A stretch of 64,000 nt of DNA, taken from Paraspadella gotoi. Taxonomy: Eukaryota > Animalia > Chaetognatha. This document shows, in pieces, positions 37,104-51,520 of this stretch. Each line of letters begins with the position of its first letter. Within the stretch, counting starts at the first letter, position 1. The DNA lies in assembly GCA_051294375.1 (NCBI GenBank), contig CM119270.1:15685845-15749844 (forward strand), read 5' to 3'. A model generated the notes under the pieces. The model saw nothing but the letters and a program-made list of their open reading frames with translations, did no database searches and was not told where the DNA came from. Both the position numbers and the translations under genes were made by a program.

Positions 37104-39692
37104 TTTTTCTTCCGGGATTTAATCGTAGAAAAACTTGAAGATTTTGTTTTTCATTGTTCTTTGTTTGTTTATTTGTTTTTTCAAACGAAAAATCCCCGGT
37201 TTTCCAGAAGATGGCGAAGTCATGATGAGAAAATAAAAACAAAACTAAACCTGAGAAGAAAAGGAAAGAAAAAAGTTAGTAATGTTTTTTGATAAATGCA
37301 CGAGTATGACTTTTTACGGACAAAGAGACGAACCCATTAACACAATAAAATTCTAGTCTATACTCAAATCTTAGTTGAAGAGACTTTTATGCGATAAAGA
37401 TAACGATAATGCTATCGTTATTAATCACCATGGTCTCACTAAACTTAGAATTTTGGTGATTATTTAAATCTAGAAAAGTTCTATTCCCCTCCACAAAAAA
37501 AAAAAGAAAGGAGGAGAAAGAGAAGATAAAGTCTTAGCTCAAGTCAAGGCTCCGTCCCGAGTTTCAAGTTTTTAACGACTGGGATTGTACGTGTTCTCTC
37601 TCTCTCTCTCTCCTCTCATCTTCTCTCTCTCTAGTTTCTCCCTCTCTCCGTCTTTTCTCTCTCTCTTCTCGTCTCTCTCTCTCTCTCTCATCTTTCTCGC
37701 AACCGACGCACTCGTTTACTGCATATATTTAGGCGCTGCAACCAAAAAAAAAAAAAAGAACTTAGGTTGCATTTTGGATGGCGCAACCCTCCGACAAATC
37801 CACAAGAAGTAAGGGGTAGCGACCAATTCAATTTAATGGGAAACATAGCATTAAGATAAATCCATTATATGGTAATTAATTATTTGTTAGAATATGTTTG
37901 TAAAAATGAGAACGCATGAAGTAAATTAGCTAAATTAATATTGATTATTTCGGCTATATGGTTAAATTGACAATTTTTTTGGAATATTTAAGTATTTTTA
38001 AATTGATTCTGATAGAGCTTAAAAAGTTTTAAGTCCAAAAAATATAATTACAAACTTTTTTAATAAAATTTTGGATTGTTTTAGTTAACATAAATTCAGT
38101 AAAATCTAAAATCAATCCGGATGATGAATGATGATGAATGATTTTTTAAGGTTTTTCTCAATTTAAACCCAAACTTATCAAATCCAAATATTAGGTAAAG
38201 AAATTATACTTTGTGTGCATAACTTTTCATAAGTCCTGAATCTGCTTTTAAAATAAATAAAATTGGCCAAAATTTTTTGACATTTCCTATCTTATAAATA
38301 TATTAAAAAATTAAATTACTATGCCATTTTTTTGAAAATTTTTGGCTCCAGTGAAAGTTTCTGCAGAATATTGGTATGAGTTTCATTTGGGTAAATGGCT
38401 TTCGAAATCAAAGCTTCTGACCCACCATTGACGAGGTTGGGTCTAACAAGAGACATCCAATTAATATGCTTCCCCCTAGCCCCTCACGTTTCCCCGCGCG
38501 CGGGGGAAGACGTACGTCCTTTGATATAGAGTCCGTTTCCGCGTAAACGAGATCCCATTCGAAACCCGTTACGAGCTTCCTGCCTTCCTCCTCCCTGCGA
38601 AACGAAACCCGCGGGTCCTCGCTTTTAAAACGGGAAAAGGAAAAAATCATTTCCATCGAAAGAAAAATTGACTCTCTCGCCTCTGTCTCGTCGCTCTGCA
38701 TCTCTCTCTCTCTCTCGTCTCTCCTTCCTCCTCTCTTCCTGCTCTCTGTCTTCTTCTCTCACCGTCTTCTTCGGCAACCACTTCTGTCAGGATCCTTCTC
38801 TCTCTTCGTCTATCCTCTCTCTCTCGATTACCCGCTATTTATCATTTCTTCGACTCTTCTCTCGCTCTTCCTTTTTCTGTACGAAAGTCCACTGATATTC
38901 AGACGAGTGCGGAGATCGAGAGTTTCGGGTCACAACCGGTCCGTCCGTTCCGTCCCGTCCGGTCCATTGCATGTCCGAGTTTTGTCCGTTTGGGTCCCGT
39001 CGATGCCGGCGCATCTAGTCACCGCAGACGAGCTCGACTTTTTGTGTTATGCCGGCCAACTGCAGGTCCTTACCTAAGAAAGAAGCTGATTCGTACTCGG
39101 CTCCTTTTCTTTTCTTTCGCCTTTTCCTTTTCTTTTTTGCTTTTTTTCTTTCTTTCGCTTTTTTTACTTTTTATCATGTCCCGTCACTTTTTCCTATCCC
39201 TATTCTTTTTTTCTTGCTCTGCTTTTCCCCTCAATTTTCCGACTATCTTTCTTTCCAGAAACCATAACGTCGCTCATATCGTAGTCTTTAGTTTTAACTC
39301 TCGCCCTACACTCTCTTGTTTGCTACTCTCAAACTTTTGACCTTTTCTTCTTCTCTCGTCATCTCTTGGTCCACCGTCTACTCCTAAACTCTGCCTTCCG
39401 CATCATATTCCGTATTTTTTTCTTTTTTACTTTCGTTCTTCTATTAATCATTCTCCCACCTCCGAATTCCCTCTCTACGAGCGGGTATCCTCCTCCGACT
39501 CCCTTCACATTCCCGACCCTCCCCGTCCTATCTCTTTCCTCCCATCCCTCCTTCTCCCCCATCCCTTCCCCCTCACCGTCTCCTCTACCTCCATTCTCCC
39601 TTGCTTCATCAGGACCCTCTCCTCACCATCACCGTCCCCCCATATCAACGAGTCCCTCCCTCATTTTTATCCTTATCATCCTCTTTCTGCGG
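37104..39692 (+). repeat. Noisy direct duplicate of 26280-27260 and 39718-40852 (gap-fill overlap)
   Basis: Starts like 26280 (ttcttccgggatttaatcgtagaaaa) and ends identically to 40852 (ccttatcatcctctttctgcgg). Bounded by two 25-N gaps. Confidence 0.85.
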
Positions 39693-39911
39693 NNNNNNNN
39701 NNNNNNNNNNNNNNNNNGCGCGCGGGGGAAGACGACGTCCTTTGATATAGAGTCCGTTCGCGTAACGAGATTTCCCATTCGAAACCCGTTACGAGCTCCG
39801 CCTTCCTTCCTCCCTGCGAAAACGAAACCGCGGTCTCCTTTAAAACGGGAAAAGGAAAAAATCATTTCCATCGAAGAAAATTGACTCTCTCGCCCTCTGT
39901 CTCTGTCGCTC

Positions 39912-40046
<135 letters not shown>

Positions 40047-42829
40047 TAATTATCACTTTTCTCGACTCTCTCCTTCTTTCGACGAAGCACTCACGAGTCA
40101 CGACGAGTGCGGAGATTTTCGAGAGTCGGTCAACAAACCCGGTCCGTCCGTCCGTCCGTCCGTCCATGCATGTCCGAGTTTTGTCCGTTTTGTCCGTCGA
40201 TCCGGCCCATCTGGTCAACGCGACGAGCTCGACTTTTAGTGATTATGCGGCAACTGCGGTCTTCCTAACGAAGAGCGATTCGTCCTCGCTCCTTTTCTTT
40301 TCTTTTCCTTTCTTTTCTTTTCCTTTCTTTTCTTTTCTTTCGCTTTTTACTTTTTTTTATCTTCCCGTCATCTTTCCTATCCTATTCTTTCTTCTGCTTT
40401 CCTCCTCTAATTTTCCGACTATATTCTCCGAACCATACGTCGCTCATTCGTATCTTTAAGTTTAACTCTCCCCTACACTCTCTGTTACTCTCACTTTACC
40501 TTTCTCTTCTCTCTCATCTCTTGTCCACCGTCTACTCCCTAACACTCCTTCCCTCCTTTCCATTTTTTTTTCTTTCGTATCTTCTTTTACTTTCGTTCTT
40601 CTATTAATCATTCTCCCACCTCCGAATTCCCTCTCTACGAGCGGGTATCCTCCTCCGATCCCTTCACATTCCCGACCCTCCCGTCCATCTCTTTGCCTCC
40701 CATCCCTCCTTTTCTCCCCCATCCCTTCCCCCTCACCGTCTCCTCTACCTCCATTCTCCCTTGCTTCATCAGGACCCTCTCCTCACCATCACCGTCCCCC
40801 CATATCAACGAGTCCCTCCCTCATTTTTATCCTTATCATCCTCTTTCTGCGGNNNNNNNNNNNNNNNNNNNNNNNNNNNNNNNNNNNNNNNNNNNNNNNN
40901 NNNNNNNNNNNNNNNNNNNNNNNNNNNNNNNNNNNNNNNNNNNNNNNNNNNNNNNNNNNNNNNNNNNNNNNNNNNNNNNNNNNNNNNNNNNNNNNNNNNN
41001 NNNNNNNNNNNNNNNNNNNNNNNNNNNNNNNNNNNNNNNNNNNNNNNNNNNNNNNNNNNNNNNNNNNNNNNNNNNNNNNNNNNNNNNNNNNNNNNNNNNN
41101 NNNNNNNNNNNNNNNNNNNNNNNNNNNNNNNNNNNNNNNNNNNNNNNNNNNNNNNNNNNNNNNNNNNNNNNNNNNNNNNNNNNNNNNNNNNNNNNNNCCC
41201 CATCTCCTCGCTCCGTCGACGCAATTCCCCCTCTTCGAAATAGGTCGAGGGAAATTTTCGGCGTAGGGTAAAAACCGGTGCAGTGATTACCAACCGATTG
41301 TGGGCGTCGTAATGACGCCGCGATTCGACGAGAGTTTTCGTCGTCGTCGTCATCGTTTTCGTCGTCTTCCTCGTCTATTTTGAAAAGGGGGGGGGTGCCG
41401 AGACCGAAAGCTTCCTGTTTTGTTGAAATAGATGATGTGCTTTTCAGTCAGACGTCGTTGGCGGCCTCCTTCGTCGCCGTAGTAACTGTCTTGTTTGTCG
41501 GGTGATTCGTGGTTGCGCTTTGTAGCCAAAACTATTTTCTCGCGGTCCCTTCTTCTTCGTCGTCGTCGTTTTTGTCGTCGTCGTCGTCGTCGCAATTTTC
41601 GTTTCTATTTTTGTTTTTCGTCGCTTTAGTTTTTCTCGACGGAGGAGAAGGAAAAAGTCTTTGGCGCTGAGGTCGTTACTTAACGCGATGTTGGCGTTAA
41701 TTCGAGAAGTGGGGGGGTGGAGAGGGGGGGCGTTGATTTAAATCGGGGGGACGGGCGTGAATTAGGGGTGGTTCCCCATGGGGACGGGGTGGAAGGTCAA
41801 AAAAAGGTGGTTGGCTCTAATTTAACTCGATCGAGCGAGGTTTTGGCTTTTAGGCGAACCATGATCGGTAAAGAAATGAGAATGAATGAGGAAAAGAAAT
41901 AGATTAAGGAACTATTGAGAATATCTGATATTTCTTTTTGTTATAACTTTACGAGTCAGTTTATAAAGTTTTACTCGATGAGTTTTTTAGCAAGTTGGAT
42001 GACACGTATTATCGAAGTAAAGAAAAGTGATTCATAAGGATTAACCGACCACAAAAATATTAATTTTTTTGACGATGAAAAAACTTGAATAAAAAAAATA
42101 ATCTTTGATCCCAGTTATTCTAAAACTACTCAATTAAGGCTGTCAATTCACAACATGACAATTTACTGAATTAACCTGAATTATTATCAAAGCATTAAAT
42201 TAAATTTCAGAGTTTGTCACTTCCTATAAAAGATTAAACAGATTTAATTTCTTGGGGAATGAAACAACTTTTGATTTAAAAAAAAAATTGAGTTAATTCT
42301 TGCGATCGAAAACGCCGAAGACTCGACTCGAAGCAGTAGAAGCGAACGTCAATAAAACTTGCGGTGACCCTCTGCTCGACCTCCTCCTCCTCTTCCTCCT
42401 CCTCCTCCTCCTCCTCCTCCTCCTTCCTCAACCCCGCCCCTCCTCGACTCTACGTTGGCCGAGGAGAGAAAGTTTTTTTTTTCTTAAATACATAAAAAAG
42501 GAATTTCCTTCGTTTCGATCCTTAACTCTGTCCCTCGATTTCGTCGTTTGAAAAAAAAAAGGAGGCAAGGACAGAGACAGAGTTTGTTTGGGGGGGAGGG
42601 GAGGAAGGTGAAGGGAGGTGGAGGGAGGAATGGGGGAAAGGAAAGAAACGGAGTTGGAGAAAAAGAGAGAAAAAGGAGGAAGGAGGAGGGAGGAAAAGAG
42701 GAAAGGAGAGAAAAGGAGTTCGGGAGAAAGAAAAAGAGAGAAAAGGGAGGAAGGAGGAGAGAGGAAAAGTAAAGGACAGAAATGGATTAGGAGGAAAGAA
42801 AAAGTGAGGAAGGAGAAGAAGGAGAAAAT

Positions 42830-44190
42830 GAACAGAAAGAAAAGAAGACGGGGTATAGAAATAGAGAGGACAGGGAGAGAGAAGGGGAGGAGAAAAGAAA
42901 AAAAAAAGGAAGATGGGGTATAAAAATAGAGAGGACAGGGAGAGAGAAAGGGGAGAGAGAAGGGACAGAAAAAAAAAAAAGGAGGGAACGTCGGTGATAA
43001 AAATTAGAGAGGACAGGAGGGAGAAGAAAGGAGAAAAGAAAAAAGAAAAGGAAGACCGGTATAGAAATAGAGGAGGGACAGGAGAGAGAAAAGGGGAGGA
43101 GAAAAGAAAAAAGAAAGGAAGACGTGGTAAAAATAGAGAGACAGGAAGGGAGAAGGGAAAAAAAGAAAAAAGAAAGGAAGACGGGTTATAGAAATCAGAG
43201 AGACAGGGAGAGAGAGGGAGGGAAAAGAAAAAGAAAGAAGGACCGTGATATAAAAATAGGATGACAGGAAGGGAGAAGTGAAGAGAAAAGAAAAGAAAGG
43301 AAGATGGGCGTATAGAAATAGACGAACAGGAGAGAGAAGGGAAGGGAAAAAAGAAAAAGAAAGAAGACTAGTATAAGAAAAAAGAAAAAACAGAGAGAGA
43401 GAGGGGAGGAAGAAAAGAAAAAAAGAAAGGAAGACGTGTATAAAAATAGAGAGGACAGGAAAGGTAGAAGGGAAGGAAAAGAAAAAAAAGGAAGAACGTG
43501 GTATAGAAATAGAGAGGCACAGGGAGAGGAGAAGCGGGATTGCGAAACATAAAAAAGAAAGGAGGACGTGGTATAAAAATAGAGAGGACCGGAAGGAGAA
43601 GGGAGAAGAAAAAAGCAAAAAGAAAGGAGACTGGTATAAAAATAGAGAGGAACAGGAAGGAGAAGGAGAAGGAGAAAAGAAAAAAGAAAGAAAAACGGGG
43701 TATAGGAAATAGAGAGGACAGGAAGAGAGAAGGGGAGGAGAAAAGAAAAAAGAGGAACGGGATATAGAAATAGAAAAGGACAAGAGGGAAGAAGGAAGAA
43801 AAGAAAAATGAAAGGAAAAACGGGTTTATAAATACGAGAGGACAGGGAAGAGAAGGGAGGAGAAAGCAAAAAAAAGGGAGGAACGGGATATAAAATAGAA
43901 GGACAGTAAGGGAGAAGAAGGACAGAAAAAAAGAAAGGAAAACGGGGGTATAGAAATAGAGAGGACGAGAGAAGAGGAGAAGAAGGGGAGGAGAAAAGAA
44001 AAAAGAAAGGAAGACGTGGGTAATTAAAAAATAGAGAGGACGGAGAGAGAAGGGGAGGAGAAAAGCAAAAATAAAGGAGGACGGGATATAGAAATAGAAA
44101 GGACAGGAAGGGAGAAGGGAAGGAGAAAAGAAAAAAGAAAGGAAAACGGGGTATAGAAATAGAGAGGACAGGAAGGGAGAAGGGAAGAAG
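42830..44190 (+). repeat. ~63-65-bp purine-rich minisatellite (acggggtatagaaatagagaggacaggaagggagaaggggaggagaaaagaaaaaagaaaggaag), about 20 copies
   Basis: The motif gtatagaaatagagaggacagg recurs regularly across 1.36 kb. Confidence 0.88.
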
Positions 44191-45810
44191 AAAGGTTTTT
44201 TTATGGACGACAGGAAGCGAATCGAGAAAAAGTAAAAACGATGTGGAAGTATTCGTGAAGAAAAGATAAGAAAGCAAAAAAAGCGGAAAATAAAGTAATG
44301 TACATAAATTAAACTTTAAGATAAAATGATGAGAAGCAAAACAAAAAAAAGGGAGGGAAGATGGATGAATTCGGCGAAAAGAAAAGAAAAGAACGAGAAA
44401 AGAAAAAAGAAAAGAAAAGAAATAAAATGAATGGGAAAAGAAATAAAAAAACAAAATAAAGAATAATAAAGAATAAAAAGGTTGGATGGATTAAAGGAAA
44501 TGAGGATAAGAATTATCGTGTGATTAAAAAAAGGAAGGCGTGTGACGAGGAAAAAGAGTATGAAATTAGGAAAGGAGAAAATAAGACAATTAAAAGAGAG
44601 TATATTGAGAAATAAAAATGGAAAGAACGCTGGGAAAATATGAATAAGGGAAAGAAAGAAAGAAACTGTAAGTTCAGAAAATAAAGAAATAAGGAATTAA
44701 GTAAAAGAATTTAAAAGACCAAAATAATTTATACTTTGTATAATGTATAATTGGAAAAATTTGGTACTTAAGATGGGCATCGCAAATATAGTATATACAG
44801 AAAGGAAATAGAAATAAAAGAAGAATAAGAAAGTAGAGAAAAAATAGAGAAATAAGAAAAAAGAGGAAAAGTGGAGAAATATGAGAATAAATGAGATTGG
44901 TGAGTGGCGGTNNNNNNNNNNNNNNNNNNNNNNNNNNNNNNNNNNNNNNNNNNNNNNNNNNNNNNNNNNNNNNNNNNNNNNNNNNNNNNNNNNNNNNNNN
45001 NNNNNNNNNNNNNNNNNNNNNNNNNNNNNNNNNNNNNNNNNNNNNNNNNNNNNNNNNNNNNNNNNNNNNNNNNNNNNNNNNNNNNNNNNNNNNNNNNNNN
45101 NNNNNNNNNNNNNNNNNNNNNNNNNNNNNNNNNNNNNNNNNNNNNNNNNNNNNNNNNNNNNNNNNNNNNNNNNNNNNNNNNNNNNNNNNNNNNNNNTGGT
45201 GGTTTAGTGGCTGAAAATAATTAAAGTGGAGGAAAGGGAGAAGAGAAAAAAAAAGGAAGGACGTTTCAATTCCGGCGAAATGGAGACGGAGTCTCTACAG
45301 TAACTGCAATGGCGCCTCCATCAGAAATGGAAAGGGTAATAGGACGGTAAATGGAATCCGAAAAGAGAACCATGAGGTCAACGACGACGCGACTGGAAAT
45401 GACTGTGGAATCGGAAAATGGCGGAAGGAGGGTGGATTGTCAAAAAGGTCAAAAATATTTATAACATTAAACATTAAACTTAAACGTTAAATATTTAACT
45501 TTATAACTCGTTTCGTCGTCTCAATATTTTTTTTTTAAGGAAAGCCAGTGGGCGGTCAACAATTTTTCTAGTCGTGAAAAGGCAAATGATTTAAAAGTTA
45601 GCAATGAATTTAAAATGGAATATAAATTTTTTTTTTAATTTATGATCGACAATATCGGATTATAAAAAAAAAGGGAAACAAACGCATCAACGTCAAATTC
45701 AGGAAACTGAAAACACGAAAAATTGATATTAAATATGCATATATTTTCTGGAAAAGCTCTTTTCCGACAAAAAATAAAAAAAAGCCACAACGGCGAGAAC
45801 GCAGCCGACA

Positions 45811-45841
<31 letters not shown>

Positions 45842-47060
45842 TGCCGAAGGCGTTGGCGAAGACGACCGCAAAACCGACCATCGCGAGTCTGATGATATTT
45901 TTTTTTGTTTGCATGGAAAAACAAAATATTTCTAAAAAAGCAAAAGAAAAGAGAAAAAAAAAAAAAGAGCAAAAAGAGTTGATGTCCAGAGTCGAGAGCG
46001 TATTTATTCTGCGGCGAAAAATCGCGATGATGAAAGAACGAGAAGAGACGAAGGGAGAGATTCCCAGTCAACGGGAAACCGAAAAACGGGCGGCGGTGAG
46101 GGGGCGGGTTGGGGGGGGGGTGAGGGGCGGCGGGTCAGAAGAGGGGTGAAGGGAGCGAGTGAGGAGTGGGGTAGAGCGCAGAGGGGAAGGGACTTTTAAG
46201 GGAGAATGGATCGTGAAAATGTGACTTCACGGCCTTCTCAGTCGCGGAAGGTTTTGAGGGGGGGGGGAAGAGAGAGAGAGGAGAGGAGAGAGAAGATAGA
46301 GAGAGAGAGAGAGAGAGGAGCAAAGGGATTATTTTGTGGACAATATGGAACCCAAGGGAGGGAAGAATAGGGTGGGGGGGGGAGGAGGAGCCGGGGAGAT
46401 CATTGGGAAAATTATTTCAAGGATTGTGGAAGGGAAGACTCGGGTGTTGAAGGAGGTTCGGGGTGAGGAAGGAGTGAAAGTGAAAAGAGGTACGGAAACA
46501 GTGAGAGATGAGACAGAGAAAGAAAGAAATAAAAAATAGGAAAGAAGGAAAAAAGAGAGATAGAAAGTGAGAGAGAAAGAAAGTGAGAGAAAAAAGAGAG
46601 AGAGAGAGAGAGGGAGAGGGAGAGAGAGAGAGAGTGAGAGAGAGAAATTCTTTTCGCGGGTGATGGACGAGGAATCTCACGATCGTTCGTTGGGCACGAG
46701 GCTTTCGGATCCGTTCGTCCAGAAATTCATTCTTGAGTTATTTTACACGAAAAAAAGATTTTTTTTATACGTTATATAATTGTGAAACTATGTTACTTAA
46801 AAAAGAATGTTCATGGCGTGGGCATGGCGAAGATATTTTGCGTGTCGGTTTCTTTTTGAATTAGGTTTACAACAAGCGCAAAAGTCAGCATTAAAGCTAA
46901 TATTTTTTCCTCTCTTTCAATTTTCAATTAAAAAGACTTTTTCTCTATCTTTTTCAAAACTTAAGTCCCGGGCAAATTTTTTAAATTTAATTTTTAGTAA
47001 TTTTTTTCTTTAATTTCTATCAGGTTATTACTCTGATAAAGTTATAACTATATTAACTAT

Positions 47061-47400
47061 ATGAACAGAATTAATGTTGCTATCAGAAAAATATTCGGAT
47101 TCAACCGATGGGAAAGCATTAGAGAGCTTCGGACTTCATTTGGTTACTGTGATATTATTACCATGTTTAACCAGCGTAAAAAGAACTTTATTTCTAAGAT
47201 CTATAGTTCAAAAAATTTAGTTCTCAAAAAAATAATCGCATTCTTTAATGATTGAAATATATTAATTGATAATTTGGACCTTTTTTGTCTGTGGTGGTGG
47301 TTTTCACGCAATCTTTAACTTGGTTTTGTCTTTAGACTTAGCTTTGTATTTTGATGCTCCTGTATGTACTGAATCAACCTTGTTGAATTCGAAATAAAAC
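47061..47400 (+). mobile_element. 3' fragment of a non-LTR retrotransposon (ORF2 C-terminus plus 3' UTR)
   Basis: ORF 47061..47255 contains 'N.AIRKIFGFNRWESIREL', resembling the post-RT C-terminal segment of invertebrate LINE ORF2 proteins. AATAAA near 47393. No RT core upstream (5'-truncated). Confidence 0.55.
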
Positions 47401-49864
47401 GCATATATTTTCCCATATTTAAAAAAATATTTCTTTGAAAGTATGGTAAAACAAGTAGTCTCGTAATTTTCATATTTCCAAAAAGATGTAGTGCATGCAC
47501 TTAGGGATAGCGATCTGGACGAACGCAAGTATAACCCTGTTATCATTAGTCGCCGTTTCATCAGAATAATAACCATAATAATTCACGAATGGATGACTAA
47601 AGATATCGACTCCTCCACCAATCCCATCCGCATCAATCCAGCCAATCACGAGACCAAGAAATTTATCGGTATCGCCGTCTGCCAATCGAAACAGTTCATG
47701 TTTTGACGTCAACAACTGAGAGATTACAATCGTAATTTTCACTCGCACTTGTCTCGTTTGCAATTGACAAGGATAATGTCCTTTGAACATGACTACACTT
47801 ACAATTTAAATGATAAGTTCCCGATTTATGTTTCTCGACTCATGCAAAATTTATGAGGCGTAAAATGTAACAGTTGATTTGGCAGTCGTCGTCGTAGTTG
47901 TTGTCGTTGTCGTGGTCTTTGTCGTTGTCGTTGTCATGGATATCGTCGTCGTCGTTGTCGTTGTTATCGTCGTCGTTGTTGTCGAGGAAGTCGACCCGAG
48001 AAAATTTGGAAGAAGAATAAAAGTGGAAAAGAAAAACATGGAAGGGGAGTTTTTAATGGCCGCTGGTAGACAAGCAGAGGTGCAGTGAATGGCTGATAAG
48101 GTCTATTGGGAGAGAGAGAGAGAGAAGNNNNNNNNNNNNNNNNNNNNNNNNNNNNNNNNNNNNNNNNNNNNNNNNNNNNNNNNNNNNNNNNNNNNNNNNN
48201 NNNNNNNNNNNNNNNNNNNNNNNNNNNNNNNNNNNNNNNNNNNNNNNNNNNNNNNNNNNNNNNNNNNNNNNNNNNNNNNNNNNNNNNNNNNNNNNNNNNN
48301 NNNNNNNNNNNNNNNNNNNNNNNNNNNNNNNNNNNNNNNNNNNNNNNNNNNNNNNNNNNNNNNNNNNNNNNNNNNNNNNNNNNNNNNNNNNNNNNNNNNN
48401 NNNNNNNNNNNNNNNNNNNNNNNNNNNNNNNNNNNNNNNNNNNNNNNNNNNNNNNNNNNNNNNNNNNNNNNNNNNNNNNNNNNNNNNNNNNNNNNNNNNN
48501 NNNNNNNNNNNNNNNNNNNNNNNNNNNNNNNNNNNNNNNNNNNNNNNNNNNNNNNNNNNNNNNNNNNNNNNNNNNNNNNNNNNNNNNNNNNNNNNNNNNN
48601 NNNNAAGACTCCGACGGAAATGTTGAATGTAGGAAGAATGAAGTGACCTCGGTACGGGAAGAACCCGGATGGAAAGAACCCGGATGTGGGCCGATCGCGT
48701 TTTTGCGATCGCGTGACGGGAATGAATGTGGGTTAATGCTGGTGAATCGTGAGATCGTGCCAACGACCGAGGGTAATCACGAGCGAATGGAGATGGTCTG
48801 GATTTCGTGGGTTCATGATCGGTGCTCACAGATGATCAGGATCGAGGCTATTTTTAGATCTTTATCCCTTTTCCTCTGTTTTCCTCCGAAAGGAAAGGGA
48901 TTTTGTTGAATTTTTTTTCTCTCGGTGGAAATAGTTTTTATTTTTCTTGTTTTTTTTTTGTTGTTTTTTTTCCTCCTTTGGGTTTATATTGGATTTTCGG
49001 TGAGTCCACTTTGCGGAGCCACTGACCAAGAAATCGAAATTCCACCACTTAGCTGTCCTGTGATTCAATGTCGGACTTTCACTGATTCTGGGGTTGCCAA
49101 GTGAAAAGCACCAAATGGCTGAATAAATTAGAAAAGAAATTGGAGAAAACAGATATGGATAAATAAATATAAAAAATAAACAAATAAATAAATTAATAAA
49201 TAAATAAATAAATAAATAAANNNNNNNNNNNNNNNNNNNNNNNNNNNNNNNNNNNNNNNNNNNNNNNNNNNNNNNNNNNNNNNNNNNNNNNNNNNNNNNN
49301 NNNNNNNNNNNNNNNNNNNNNNNNNNNNNNNNNNNNNNNNNNNNNNNNNNNNNNNNNNNNNNNNNNNNNNNNNNNNNNNNNNNNNNNNNNNNNNNNNNNN
49401 NNNNNNNNNTTAATTAATTAATTAATTAATTAATTAATTAATTAGAAAATAGATAAATAAACTAATTAATTAATTAGAAAAAAAATTGGAGAAAACAGAA
49501 ATATGGATTCATGGTTTACAATATCATGATTGAGCTCATATTGAACTTGTATTTCCTAAAACTTCGTTAAAATTCACAATTCGTGCTGTATTCCCTTTTT
49601 TACTTTCCCAAATTTCCTTCTTATAACCTTTCCTCTTGTGGAATTTTAAAGCTAAATGCGAAATCATTAAAAATCGATTATGCACATTTTTTTTTCTCGA
49701 AGATCTGGAATTTTTTCAGTTGAGGATCTTCTTCGTTCCAGTTTAATTCTCACAGAAGGAGAAAGTCAGTCGGTGAATGAACGAGGCAAAACGCGACTGA
49801 ACGCAGCTCGACCTAGGGTAAGAACGACGTCTTGGGGTAAAGAAAATGGCAAGGAAAATCTAAA

Positions 49865-50003
49865 GACATCCGAGCGAAACAGTAGACGAGCGAAATAGTG
49901 GACGAGCGAAAACAGTGGACGAGCGAAACAGTGGACGAGCGAAACAGTGGACGAGCGAAACAGAAGACGAGCGAAACAGTGGACGAGCGAAACAGTGGAC
50001 GAG
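49865..50003 (+). repeat. 16-bp tandem repeat gacgagcgaaacagtg, about 8 copies
   Basis: Directly visible. Confidence 0.9.
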
Positions 50004-51036
50004 CCAGATGAGGTTTAAATCGCGGAAATTAGCTAATAGCTGTAGAGCGACGAATGAGAAACACCGGTGGAAAAAAAAAGGGGATATCGCAATAAAAAAT
50101 GGGAATAACAATTAGCGAATGTGGAAAGTATTTTGCTTTTCCTTTTTTTTTTTTTCTAAAACTCAGAACCAGATGGTTAATGTTTTTAACTTTAAGCCTT
50201 TTGAGAATTTGTTTGTGTTTTAATGATTCAGAGTTTCTGCCTCGCGCGCTGAGCAAACGAGATTCCTTCCTCTCTGGAATGGGGGATTCGAAAATTGAGA
50301 ATTCTACGCGAGGAATCTGGAATAGCGAGTTGAAAAGATGAATTTTCACAAACCATCGTTTTTTTTTTAAAGAAACGCGTTTCCATGGGCTGCCAACCGG
50401 CGAAGCCACATTCAACGGAAGATCGAGCGAAGATTTCATCTCGAGGCAAGCAAGTCGTTGCAAGCAAGTCTTTCTGGTATTCGCGATTGGTTCGTCATGT
50501 TATCAAGAGTTTAATTAAACTTTTGTTTTTCGTTCGCTTCGACTAAATTTTCGAATCAAAACTAATGTAAACGAGAAAAGAAAATTAAAAGTACCGTAAA
50601 ATATCGGCGATGCCTGGGTTTAACAAAGAAAAAAAAATGTCGGTATTTAAAACTGAAAACCCGACGGAAATGACGAAACGAAAATATGCGCGATGGTAAC
50701 ATTTTTTTTTTTAAATTCGAAAATAAATGAAAGTAGAATAAAATAAAAACTTTTTTTTTTGTTTTTCTCTCTTTTCTTTTTTTCGTTCGTCGTCGTAGTT
50801 GTTGTTGTTTCACTTTTTCCCCCCCCTTTTTTTAAATTCTTTCTTTCTTTCTTCCGTCTTCCCGGGCGAGGAATCGTCGGCCGTAGTCATGGAAACGCAG
50901 GTTGCCACGCCATTCTCTCGTTACCGAGCGATGATCAGTCGCTATGCAGCCGAGAAGTGTCGACGACGACGACGACGACGAGGACGACGACGCGACGCGA
51001 GCGATGTAAGCTCGAGATGCAAACACAAGCGCGCGC

Positions 51037-51149
<113 letters not shown>

Positions 51150-51259
51150 CCTTGAGTGAAGGAAAGTCTTTTCGCGACTTGGATGATACCCGATTTTTTT
51201 TTCTTTTCCTTTCGAAATTCATTTTGATTTGAATAACATCTGCGTTTGCCCCATCGTCT

Positions 51260-51520
51260 TGCGTTAGTGAGATTGTGTTGCATTAGTTTGATTGTGTTGC
51301 GTTAGTGTGATTGTGTTGCATTTGTGTGATTGTGTTTTGTTAGTGTGATTGTGTTGCGTTAGTGTGATTGTGTTGCGTTAGTGTGATTGTGTTGCCTTAA
51401 TGTTATTATGTTGCGTTTGTATGATTGTGTTGCATTAATGTAATAGTGTTGCGTGACTGAATTGTGTTGCATTAGTGTGATTTTGTTGCGTTAATGAGAT
51501 TATGATGCGGTAGTGTGATA
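51260..51520 (+). repeat. 19-bp tandem repeat gattgtgttgcgttagtgt, about 13 copies
   Basis: Directly visible 19-nt period. Confidence 0.9.

Noticed and set aside
47470-47790. Short complex ORFs on both strands
   Set aside because: No recognisable motif or consistent splice pair, so not supportable as a CDS.
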